Of a DNA stretch of 64,000 nt, positions 47,595 through 56,161 are shown in pieces. The stretch lies in NCBI GenBank assembly GCA_031549485.1, contig JAVBPR010000013.1:1007-65006 (forward strand), written 5' to 3'. Both the position numbers and the translations under genes were made by a program. The stretch's first letter is position 1, and every line of letters starts with the position of its first letter. The notes under the pieces are model-generated. The model was not told the DNA's origin and did not search any database. It worked only from the letters and a program-made list of their open reading frames with translations. This DNA is from Eubacteriales bacterium. GTDB lineage: Bacteria; Bacillota; Clostridia; Oscillospirales; Feifaniaceae.

Positions 47595-48145
47595 TGAAAG
47601 AGCTTTCGCTTAATGTTCTTGATATCGCCGAAAATTCCGCAAAAGCCGGTGCCTTGCTTATAAAAATTTATTTGCGCGAAGACAGCGCAAATAAAAATAT
47701 CGAGATAATAATATCCGATAACGGGTGCGGCATGGACGAAGATTTTTTAAAATCGGTTGTCAGCCCCTTTACAACAACGAGAACAACAAGGAAAATCGGG
47801 CTTGGCATTCCGCTTTTCAAGGAAGCGGCGGAAATAACGGGCGGCAGTTTTGAAATCACCTCGAAGGTCGGGGAAGGAACAGAAGTCAAAGCTACATTTT
47901 TAAGCGACAGCATAGACTGTATGCCGGTCGGCGATATGGCCGGAACTTTTGTGACACTTGTCAGGGGACATCCCGAAATTGACTTCTATTATTATAGGTC
48001 GATGGATGATGAGTTTTTTGAGGTATCAACCCTTGAAATAAAACAAATCATGGACGGAATCCCGATTGACAGTTACGAAGTTTGCAGTTTTATCACCGAA
48101 TTTATCAATGAAAATACAACCGAAATTTTAGGAGGAAATATATGA
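47594..48145 (+). CDS. Histidine-kinase-like ATPase (HATPase_c only) embedded in the hydrogenase operon
   Basis: 183 aa. It has N-box NVLDIAENS, G1 DNGCGM and G2 GLGIPL. There is no DHp/His domain, TM or sensor domain. It overlaps both neighbours. Confidence 0.8.
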   Translation: MKELSLNVLDIAENSAKAGALLIKIYLREDSANKNIEIIISDNGCGMDEDFLKSVVSPFTTTRTTRKIGLGIPLFKEAAEITGGSFEITSKVGEGTEVKATFLSDSIDCMPVGDMAGTFVTLVRGHPEIDFYYYRSMDDEFFEVSTLEIKQIMDGIPIDSYEVCSFITEFINENTTEILGGNI

Positions 48146-48510
48146 AGTCACTTGAAGAGCTCGCCAAAATCCGGGCACAAATGAAAGAAAAGATGGAAGT
48201 TCGAAACGATACAGAAGCGAGCACAAGAATTGTTGTGGGTATGGCAACATGCGGAATTGCAGCGGGAGCAAGACCGGTTCTAAATGCGCTTGCGGAAGAG
48301 GTTGCAAAAAGAAAGCTTTCGGGTGTGCTTGTTACACAAACCGGATGTATCGGCGTTTGCCGCCTTGAGCCTATTGTCGAGGTTTACGAAAACGGCAAGG
48401 AAAAAGTTACCTACGTTAGAATGGACGAAAATAAGGCAAGACGCATTGTAAATGACCATATTGTTAACGGAAATGTTGTTACAGAATATACAATAGGAAA
48501 AGCGGAATAG
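48142..48510 (+). CDS. hydD: Thioredoxin-like [2Fe-2S] ferredoxin subunit
   Basis: 122 aa. The cysteines are spaced as in NuoE-type 2Fe-2S ferredoxins (MATCGIAAG...GCIGVC). Confidence 0.8.
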   Translation: MKSLEELAKIRAQMKEKMEVRNDTEASTRIVVGMATCGIAAGARPVLNALAEEVAKRKLSGVLVTQTGCIGVCRLEPIVEVYENGKEKVTYVRMDENKARRIVNDHIVNGNVVTEYTIGKAE

Positions 48511-48523
48511 GAGGTAAGTGGAA

Positions 48524-50311
48524 ATGGTAAGATCGCATATACTTGTTTGCGGAGGCACCGGATGTACTTCCTCCGGCTCCAAAGATATCATAACCGAATT
48601 TGAAAAAGAGCTTGCGGTAGCAAATATCGCCGACGAAGTAAAGGTCGTCATGACCGGCTGCTTCGGCCTTTGCGCACTCGGCCCGATTGTAATAGTTTAC
48701 CCGGAAGGGGCTTTTTACAGCAGGGTAGAGCCGAAAGACATAAAAGAAATTGTCGAAGAGCATATTGTAAAAGGAAGAATCGTTAAAAGGCTTATTTACG
48801 ATGAGACGCTTCAGGGCGATGAAATCACAAGCCTTAATGAAACCGGATTTTACAAAAAGCAGATTCGTATCGCGCTTCGCAACTGCGGCGTTATTAACCC
48901 GGAAAATATTGACGAATACATAGCTACCGACGGATACCTCGCGCTTGAAAAAGTTCTCACCGGAATGACTTCGGAGGAAGTAATTAAAACGATTACCGAT
49001 TCCGGTCTCCGCGGAAGAGGCGGCGCGGGATTTTCAACAGGGCTTAAATGGAAATTTACCGCCGATGCAAAAGGCGATAAAAAATATGTCTGCTGTAATG
49101 CCGACGAAGGCGACCCCGGCGCATTTATGGACCGCTCGGTTCTCGAAGGTGATCCGCACGCGCTTATCGAAGCAATGGCAATTGCCGCTTTTGCGGTCGG
49201 CGCCGACCAGGGTTATGTTTATGTCCGCGCGGAGTATCCGATTGCTGTCGCAAGGCTTAAACTTGCTATCGAGCAGGCAAAAGATTACGGACTTCTCGGC
49301 AATAACATCCTCGGAACAGACTTCTCATTTGACCTTGAAGTTAGGCTCGGAGCCGGAGCGTTTGTCTGCGGCGAGGAAACCGCGCTTATGACCTCGATAG
49401 AGGGCAAAAGAGGCGAGCCGCGTCCGCGTCCGCCGTTTCCGGCTGTCAAAGGCCTTTTCGGCAAGCCGACACTTTTAAATAACGTTGAAACATACGCAAA
49501 TATCGCGCAGATAATCTTAAAAGGCGCGGATTGGTTTGCGTCTATGGGAACAGAAAAGAGCAAAGGCACAAAGGTTTTTGCTCTCGGCGGAAAAATTCAT
49601 AACACCGGGCTTGTCGAAGTCCCGATGGGAACGACCTTGCGCGAAATTGTCGAGGAAATAGGCGGCGGATGCCCGAACGGCAAAAAATTCAAAGCGGCTC
49701 AGACCGGCGGTCCTTCCGGCGGCTGTATTCCGTCATCTTTAATCGACACACCGATTGACTATGAAAGCCTTATGGCTATCGGCTCCATGATGGGCTCCGG
49801 CGGACTTATCGTTATGGACGAAGACAACTGTATGGTCGATATCGCTAAATACTTCCTTGAGTTTACGGTTGACGAGAGCTGCGGCAAATGTGTGCCGTGC
49901 CGTATCGGAACAAAAAGAATATACGAGATTCTTGAAAAAATCACCGAAGGCAAGGCGAAGCTCGAAGATCTCGATCTTCTCGAAGAACTTTGCTATCATG
50001 TAAAAGCCAACAGCCTTTGCGGTCTCGGCCAAACAGCACCGAACCCCGTTTTGTCGACTTTGAAATATTTCAAAGATGAGTATATTGCCCATGTTGTCGA
50101 CAAAAAATGTCCTTCCGGCGTATGTAAAAGTTTACTTTCTTACAGCATTGATCCTGTTAAGTGTATAGGATGCACCGTTTGCGCAAAGAATTGTCCTGTA
50201 AACTGTATTTCGGGCGAGCTCAAGAAACCGCATGTTATCGATCAGGATAAATGTATAAAATGCGGCGTTTGCGAAAGCAAATGTAAGTTCGCTGCTGTCA
50301 GCAGGGTTTAA
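48524..50311 (+). CDS. hydB: NuoF-like NAD(P)H/FMN-binding subunit of the bifurcating hydrogenase
   Basis: It has GRGGAGFSTGLKW, the ESCGKCVPCR N3-cluster motif, an N-terminal 2Fe-2S and two C-terminal 4Fe-4S motifs. ATG 48524 lies 9 nt after AGGAGG (GTG 48518 is also open). Confidence 0.93.
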   Translation: MVRSHILVCGGTGCTSSGSKDIITEFEKELAVANIADEVKVVMTGCFGLCALGPIVIVYPEGAFYSRVEPKDIKEIVEEHIVKGRIVKRLIYDETLQGDEITSLNETGFYKKQIRIALRNCGVINPENIDEYIATDGYLALEKVLTGMTSEEVIKTITDSGLRGRGGAGFSTGLKWKFTADAKGDKKYVCCNADEGDPGAFMDRSVLEGDPHALIEAMAIAAFAVGADQGYVYVRAEYPIAVARLKLAIEQAKDYGLLGNNILGTDFSFDLEVRLGAGAFVCGEETALMTSIEGKRGEPRPRPPFPAVKGLFGKPTLLNNVETYANIAQIILKGADWFASMGTEKSKGTKVFALGGKIHNTGLVEVPMGTTLREIVEEIGGGCPNGKKFKAAQTGGPSGGCIPSSLIDTPIDYESLMAIGSMMGSGGLIVMDEDNCMVDIAKYFLEFTVDESCGKCVPCRIGTKRIYEILEKITEGKAKLEDLDLLEELCYHVKANSLCGLGQTAPNPVLSTLKYFKDEYIAHVVDKKCPSGVCKSLLSYSIDPVKCIGCTVCAKNCPVNCISGELKKPHVIDQDKCIKCGVCESKCKFAAVSRV

Positions 50312-50323
50312 GGGGGTAGAAAG

Positions 50324-52072
50324 ATGGAAAAAGTAACAATTAAAATTAACGGAAAAGAATACCAGGTAGAAGCGGGCCAAACTATATTGAACGCGGCGCG
50401 TTCGGTCGGTATAGTTATCCCGACGCTCTGTTATCTCAAGAAGATAAACGCCATCGGTTCCTGCCGTGTTTGCGTTGTCGAGGTTAAGGGCGCGCGAAGC
50501 CTTGTTACAGCTTGCGTTTATCCGATTACAGACGGTATGGAGATTACCACAAATTCTCCCGCGGTTTTGAAATCGAGAAAAATGACGCTCGAGCTTATCC
50601 TTTCAAATCATAAGAGAAAATGCCTTTCCTGCGTTCGAAGCGGAAATTGCGAACTTCAAACTCTTTCGAACGAATACGGGCTTGAGGAAGTCCGCTTTGG
50701 TATCGACGAGGACGACGAGAAATTCCCTATCGAAGAATCAAACGGAATTATCATCCGCGATAACAATAAATGTATCCTCTGCCGCCGCTGTGTTGCGGCA
50801 TGCCGCGAGCAGCAGGCTGTTTCGGTTATCGGAGCAAATAACAGAGGGTACAATACAAGCATCGGTTGCGCTTTTGAAAAAGGCCTTGCAAATGTTCCTT
50901 GCGTTTCCTGCGGTCAGTGCATAATAAACTGCCCGACAGGCGCGCTTACCGAGCGTGACGACGTCAAAAAAGTTTTGGCGGCTATTAACGACGAAACAAA
51001 GCATGTCGTTGTCGGCGTTGCTCCCTCTATCCGCGTTCATATGGGCGAATTTTACGGTTACCCGATGGGTACAAATGTTGAGGGCAAGGTTGTTGCTGCG
51101 CTTCACCGCATGGGCTTTGACGGCGTTTTTGACGTAGACACCGCCGCCGACTTCACAATTATGGAAGAGGGCACCGAGTTCCTTTCAAGGATTAAAAACA
51201 ACGGTCCGCTTCCGCTTATAACTTCGTGCTCGCCGGGCTGGATAAACTACTGTGAAAAATTTTATCCCGAATTTATTAAAAATCTTTCAAGCTGCAAATC
51301 TCCGCAGGGGATGTTCGGCGCGCTTATGAAAACCTATTACGCCGAAAAGACCGGGATTGATCCTAAAGATATTGTCGTTGTCAGCATTATGCCGTGTACC
51401 GCGAAGAAAGACGAAGCGGACCGCCCGCAAAACCAGGCATCGGGATATCCGGATATCGATATCGCAATCACCAGCCGCGAATTTGCAAGGCTTATAAATC
51501 TTATGGGCATTAAATTTAATGAGCTTCCGGAAGAGGATTTTGACGAAGCCTTTGGCATCGGCTCCGGCGCAGGCCATATTTTCGGCGCGACCGGCGGCGT
51601 TATGGAGGCAGCTTTGCGTACAGTCAGCGAAGTTGTAACGGGCAAACCGCTTGAAAAACCGGAATTCAACGAAGTTCGCGGAACTGCTGATATAAAGGAA
51701 GCAACCTATACAATCGGCGACAAAACGGTTAATGTCGCGGTTGCAAGCGGACTTGCAAATGCGAAAAAACTGCTTGATTCTATTAAAGACGGCAGCAAAA
51801 AATATGACTTTGTCGAGATTATGGCGTGCCCCGGCGGCTGTGTAAACGGCGGCGGACAGCCGATTAATCCCTCCGGCGTTGTCAATTTTGTGGAAGTGCG
51901 AAAAACAAGAGCCGAAGGGCTTTACAGCGAAGACGCTAAAACAACTATCAGAAAAAGCCATGAAAACCCGGTTGTAAAGAAAGTTTACAATGATTATCTA
52001 AAAGAGCCGGGCAGCCACAAAGCGCACGAAATTCTTCACACAAAATATAAACAGCAGGAAAAATACAGATAA
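50324..52072 (+). CDS. hydA: [FeFe]-hydrogenase catalytic subunit (group A, multimeric bifurcating type)
   Basis: 582 aa. It has an N-terminal 2Fe-2S and accessory 4Fe-4S motifs. The H-cluster motifs are L1 TSCSPGW, L2 MPCTAKKDE and L3 EIMACPGGCVNGGGQP. Confidence 0.93.
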   Translation: MEKVTIKINGKEYQVEAGQTILNAARSVGIVIPTLCYLKKINAIGSCRVCVVEVKGARSLVTACVYPITDGMEITTNSPAVLKSRKMTLELILSNHKRKCLSCVRSGNCELQTLSNEYGLEEVRFGIDEDDEKFPIEESNGIIIRDNNKCILCRRCVAACREQQAVSVIGANNRGYNTSIGCAFEKGLANVPCVSCGQCIINCPTGALTERDDVKKVLAAINDETKHVVVGVAPSIRVHMGEFYGYPMGTNVEGKVVAALHRMGFDGVFDVDTAADFTIMEEGTEFLSRIKNNGPLPLITSCSPGWINYCEKFYPEFIKNLSSCKSPQGMFGALMKTYYAEKTGIDPKDIVVVSIMPCTAKKDEADRPQNQASGYPDIDIAITSREFARLINLMGIKFNELPEEDFDEAFGIGSGAGHIFGATGGVMEAALRTVSEVVTGKPLEKPEFNEVRGTADIKEATYTIGDKTVNVAVASGLANAKKLLDSIKDGSKKYDFVEIMACPGGCVNGGGQPINPSGVVNFVEVRKTRAEGLYSEDAKTTIRKSHENPVVKKVYNDYLKEPGSHKAHEILHTKYKQQEKYR

Positions 52073-52079
52073 ATTTTTC

Positions 52080-52113
52080 AAAGCTCCTTGTCTAAAACGG
52101 ACAGGGAGCTTTA
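52080..52113 (+). terminator. Terminator hairpin after hydA
   Basis: AAAGCTCCTTGTCtaaaacgGACAGGGAGCTTT (one G-T pair). Confidence 0.65.
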
Positions 52114-52211
52114 AATTCACAAATTTTTAACTATAATTAACAATTAATTAACATTGATTCTAACATTAAGCTGTATTATAGATACAATTGGAACAGCATA
52201 AGGAGAGAAGT

Positions 52212-54266
52212 ATGGCTTTGAAATCTTCGAAAAAGAAAAATGAAAATGGCGAGTCGGTAGGTTCAGCAAAGAAAAAATTCAAATTTAAATGGAAATGGCT
52301 TATAATCGCTGTCATAATCGCGGTTGTAGGTTATTTTGCTTTGTCATATTTTTCGAAAGGAAAGACCGAAGCAGCGACCAATTTATCCGAAGCGGCGGCA
52401 ACGCAGGGCGACATCACTGCAACAATTTCAAGCACCGGCACGGTAGAGCCGATAGAGCAGTATGAAATAATCTCCAGGGTTACCGGCGACGTGCTTTATG
52501 ACAATCTCGCCGTCGGCGAGACGGTCGAAAAAGACCAGCTTCTTTATCAGGTTGACAGCACAAAGGTGCAAAACAGCATAAAAAAGGCGGAGCTTTCGAT
52601 TGAAAAGCAAAAACTTTCATATAATCAGACAAAAAACGATTATGATAAAACACTCGAAAAGCAAACGGTAACGGCGCCGATAGGCGGTATTGTAACGAGC
52701 CTTTACATAAAAAACGGGGACAATATAACAAACGGAACAAAAATCGCCGATATAACCGATTACGCAAATCTTATCCTGAAAATTCCGTTTCATCAGATGA
52801 ATGCAAAAGAATATTATGTCGGTCAAAGCGCGAAAATTATCCTCGAAATGACCGACGAGGTGATTTACGGCACGGTAAAATCCGTCCCGACAGGGTACTA
52901 TGTAAACAGCAGCGGGCTTTCGGTTGTCGACGTTGAAATATCCTTTAAAAATCCGGGCGGTATCGGCGAGGGCGAGACGGCAACGGCGCAAATAGGCAGC
53001 TATGCATGTGTCAATGCCGCGGCTATAGAATACGGCGGAATAAAAACGGTTTTTGCCGAGACAAACGGTGAGGCTATCGGGCTGTCGCTTGCAAAGGGCG
53101 ATAGAATAAGCGAAGGCGATGTAATAATCAGGCTTAAAAACGACAGCAGCAGTACCGAAACAAACTTAAAATCAAGCGAACTCTCGCTAAGGGATGCTGA
53201 GCTTTCGCTTGCCGACCAATACGAAAGTCTTGAAGACTATAACATCAAATCGCCTATATCTGGCACCGTCTTAAAGAAAACGGTTAAAAAAGGCGACAGC
53301 CTCGGAACAAGCGCAAACAGCAGCGTTCTCGCGGTTATCGCGGATATGAGCAAGCTGACTTTTACAATGAATATCGACGAGCTCGAAATCAAAAAAGTGT
53401 CGGTCGGAACAGAAGTAAAAATTACGGCTGACGCGCTTCCCGATGCATCTTTTACAGGCTATGTCGATAATATCAGCGTCCTCGGAACGACCACGAATGG
53501 AGTTACAACTTATCCGGTGGAAGTTATTATCGAGGATTACGGCGATTTGCGTCCGGGCATGAACGTGAATGCGGATATCGTGACCGATGAGGTTACAAAT
53601 GTAATTATGGTACCGGTTTCTGCGGTAACGAGAGGAAGCCTTGTTCTTGTAACAGAGGAATACGCAAATCAAATCAACGGCATAAGCGGTACAGAAACAG
53701 GAAAACCAAACGGAGGCGAAAATCAAAACGGAGCCGGCGCGCTTTCGGGCAACAGCCCTCAAAATCAAACACCACAGGGCGCTGCGGGCGGCAGCGGGCA
53801 GAGACCGCAAAGAGCTGGGGGCGAATCGGGAAGCACAGGAGAGATTCCTCAAAGGGCTGGGGGCGGTAGTGGAAACAGCGGCTTTGGCGATCAAAACGGT
53901 GCAAATCAGGGGATGACCGTTTCACCGCAAAGCGGCGAAAATAACAGCGGAAATACAGCTGCAGGCGGTTTTGGCAATATAAAAGCGGGATCGATTGTTT
54001 CGATGCCGGATACTCCGGCAGGCTATAAATATATAAAAGTGGAAACAGGACTAAGCGACGGTAATTTTATCGAAATTAAAGCCGGACTTACGGTAAATGC
54101 AAAGGTATTTATTTCGATTGCAACATCAAGCGTATTTGATATTTTCGGCGGCAATAACGGCATGACCATGGGCCCGAGCGGCGGAATGGGCGGCGGCAAC
54201 TTCAGCGGCGGGCAAAGACCGCAGCAATTCAGCGGAGCCCAAGGGAATGTAACGGTAGTAAGATAA
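52212..54266 (+). CDS. HlyD/MacA-type periplasmic adaptor (membrane fusion) protein with G/N/Q-rich insertions
   Basis: It has an N-terminal TM anchor, lipoyl-like and beta-barrel segments (APIGGIVTSL, SPISGTVLKK). Long low-complexity tracts lie near the C-terminus. ATG after AAGGAGAG. Confidence 0.8.
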   Translation: MALKSSKKKNENGESVGSAKKKFKFKWKWLIIAVIIAVVGYFALSYFSKGKTEAATNLSEAAATQGDITATISSTGTVEPIEQYEIISRVTGDVLYDNLAVGETVEKDQLLYQVDSTKVQNSIKKAELSIEKQKLSYNQTKNDYDKTLEKQTVTAPIGGIVTSLYIKNGDNITNGTKIADITDYANLILKIPFHQMNAKEYYVGQSAKIILEMTDEVIYGTVKSVPTGYYVNSSGLSVVDVEISFKNPGGIGEGETATAQIGSYACVNAAAIEYGGIKTVFAETNGEAIGLSLAKGDRISEGDVIIRLKNDSSSTETNLKSSELSLRDAELSLADQYESLEDYNIKSPISGTVLKKTVKKGDSLGTSANSSVLAVIADMSKLTFTMNIDELEIKKVSVGTEVKITADALPDASFTGYVDNISVLGTTTNGVTTYPVEVIIEDYGDLRPGMNVNADIVTDEVTNVIMVPVSAVTRGSLVLVTEEYANQINGISGTETGKPNGGENQNGAGALSGNSPQNQTPQGAAGGSGQRPQRAGGESGSTGEIPQRAGGGSGNSGFGDQNGANQGMTVSPQSGENNSGNTAAGGFGNIKAGSIVSMPDTPAGYKYIKVETGLSDGNFIEIKAGLTVNAKVFISIATSSVFDIFGGNNGMTMGPSGGMGGGNFSGGQRPQQFSGAQGNVTVVR

Positions 54267-54289
54267 CGAAAGATTGGAACCGAAAACAG

Positions 54290-54970
54290 ATGATTGAGTT
54301 TAAAGACGTATATAAAATATACAAAATGGGTGATAACGAAGTCCGCGCGGTTGACGGCGTCAGCTTTAAGATTGAAGAGGGCGAGTTTGTTGCCATAATC
54401 GGTCAGAGCGGCTCCGGAAAATCGACTTGCATGAATATAATCGGCTGCCTTGATATCCCGACAGAAGGGCAATATGTTTTAAACAACAAGGATATCGGAA
54501 CATTTACGCAAGACGAGCTTGCGGAAATCCGGAACAGAACGCTCGGGTTTATCTTTCAGCAGTATAATCTTATCGCTAAACTAAACGTCTATGAGAATGT
54601 GGAACTGCCGCTTATTTATTCATCGGTGCCCCCGTCTCAAAGGCATGATAAGGTTATGAAATGCCTTGAGCGTGTCGGGCTTTCGGAAAGAATTAAGCAT
54701 ATGCCGAATGAGCTTTCGGGCGGGCAGCAACAGCGTGTTTCTATTGCAAGAGCGCTTGCAAATGATCCCTCGGTCATACTTGCAGACGAGCCGACCGGCG
54801 CGCTTGACTCAAAAACCGGAATAGAGGTTCTTGCGCTTTTGCAGGAGCTCAACGAAGAGGGGAACACGATTGTTTTAATCACACATGACGAAAAAATAGC
54901 TAACAAGGCGAAACGCATTATCCGCCTGCATGACGGCAAAGTAACAGAGGATAGCGAGGTGGTTGCGTGA
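54290..54970 (+). CDS. ABC transporter ATP-binding protein (MacB/LolD type)
   Basis: 226 aa. Walker A GQSGSGKST, signature LSGGQQQR and Walker B ILADEPTGALD are present. Confidence 0.93.
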   Translation: MIEFKDVYKIYKMGDNEVRAVDGVSFKIEEGEFVAIIGQSGSGKSTCMNIIGCLDIPTEGQYVLNNKDIGTFTQDELAEIRNRTLGFIFQQYNLIAKLNVYENVELPLIYSSVPPSQRHDKVMKCLERVGLSERIKHMPNELSGGQQQRVSIARALANDPSVILADEPTGALDSKTGIEVLALLQELNEEGNTIVLITHDEKIANKAKRIIRLHDGKVTEDSEVVA

Positions 54971-56148
54971 AATTTTCTCAGGCATTTAAGCTCGCCTTAA
55001 AAAGCCTTTCGGGAAGCAAAATGCGCGCGTTTTTGACCATGCTCGGAATTATCATCGGCGTCGGCTCTGTTATAATTTTGCTTAGTAGTATGGGCGGTTT
55101 TCAAAGCAGCCTTACAGATACATTCGAATCGATGGGAACAAGCAACCTGACCGTTACGATTACCGGCCGTGCGGGGGATGTAAAGATTGATCCCGAGGAA
55201 TTTACACAATACGCGTTTGACAATTCGGAATTTTTTAATTACGCATCGCCGACAGTAAATGCCGGAAGCATGACGGTTCGGAAAGGTACAACCGAAACGA
55301 CCTCCTCGGTCACCGGCGGAAACGAATATTATCAAAATATTAAAGATTATCATTTGTCGGCCGGGCGGTTTATTTCATATTCGGATTTAATGCAAAAAAA
55401 CTATATCTGCGTCATCGGCAGCTATAACGCAAATGAGCTTTTCGGGGACGCGCAAAGCGCTATCGGACAAGAGATAAAACTAAACGGAACAAGATTTATA
55501 GTCGAGGGTGTTATCGAGGCAAAAGAGGACAGCAGCGAAAATTCGAGCGATAATTTTGTCGTGATACCGTATACCACGGCGCAAAGGCTTGTAAAGAGCC
55601 AGAATGTAAATTCCTATACTTTTGTTGCAAAAAGCACAGACATCGCGCCTTTGGCAAAAACAAATATCGAAACATATCTTTTTAAAATTTTTAACGACAG
55701 CGATTATTACAGGGTTACGAGCCTTGCCGAAATTTTGGATCAGGTCGATACCGTTATGAATCAGCTTTCGCTTGTCCTTGTAGGAATAGCGGCGATATCG
55801 CTTCTTGTCGGAGGCATCGGGATCATGAATATCATGCTTGTTTCGGTAACCGAGAGAACGAAAGAAATAGGCATTCGAAAATCGCTTGGCGGCAAGCGCA
55901 GAGATATTATGACGCAGTTTGTTATAGAGGCGGGAACGACAAGCGCGCTCGGAGGGGTGCTTGGAATAGGTTTCGGAATTTTAACCGCCAACCTTCTTGC
56001 CCCGCTTCTTCAAGTAAAGGCGGTTACTTCGCCGTTTTCCATTATACTTGCATTTTCAGTTTCGGTTGGAATCGGTATAATTTTCGGATATTTTCCCGCA
56101 TCCAAGGCGGCAAAACTAAATCCTATAGACGCTTTGCGTTTTGATTAA
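54967..56148 (+). CDS. ABC transporter permease (FtsX/MacB type, 4 TM plus a large extracytoplasmic domain)
   Basis: 393 aa. It has the MacB_PCD-like loop between TM1 and TM2 and a C-terminal FtsX domain (GIRKSLGG..). GTG start overlaps the ATPase stop. Confidence 0.9.
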   Translation: MKFSQAFKLALKSLSGSKMRAFLTMLGIIIGVGSVIILLSSMGGFQSSLTDTFESMGTSNLTVTITGRAGDVKIDPEEFTQYAFDNSEFFNYASPTVNAGSMTVRKGTTETTSSVTGGNEYYQNIKDYHLSAGRFISYSDLMQKNYICVIGSYNANELFGDAQSAIGQEIKLNGTRFIVEGVIEAKEDSSENSSDNFVVIPYTTAQRLVKSQNVNSYTFVAKSTDIAPLAKTNIETYLFKIFNDSDYYRVTSLAEILDQVDTVMNQLSLVLVGIAAISLLVGGIGIMNIMLVSVTERTKEIGIRKSLGGKRRDIMTQFVIEAGTTSALGGVLGIGFGILTANLLAPLLQVKAVTSPFSIILAFSVSVGIGIIFGYFPASKAAKLNPIDALRFD

Positions 56149-56161
56149 TCAGGAGAGAAAA

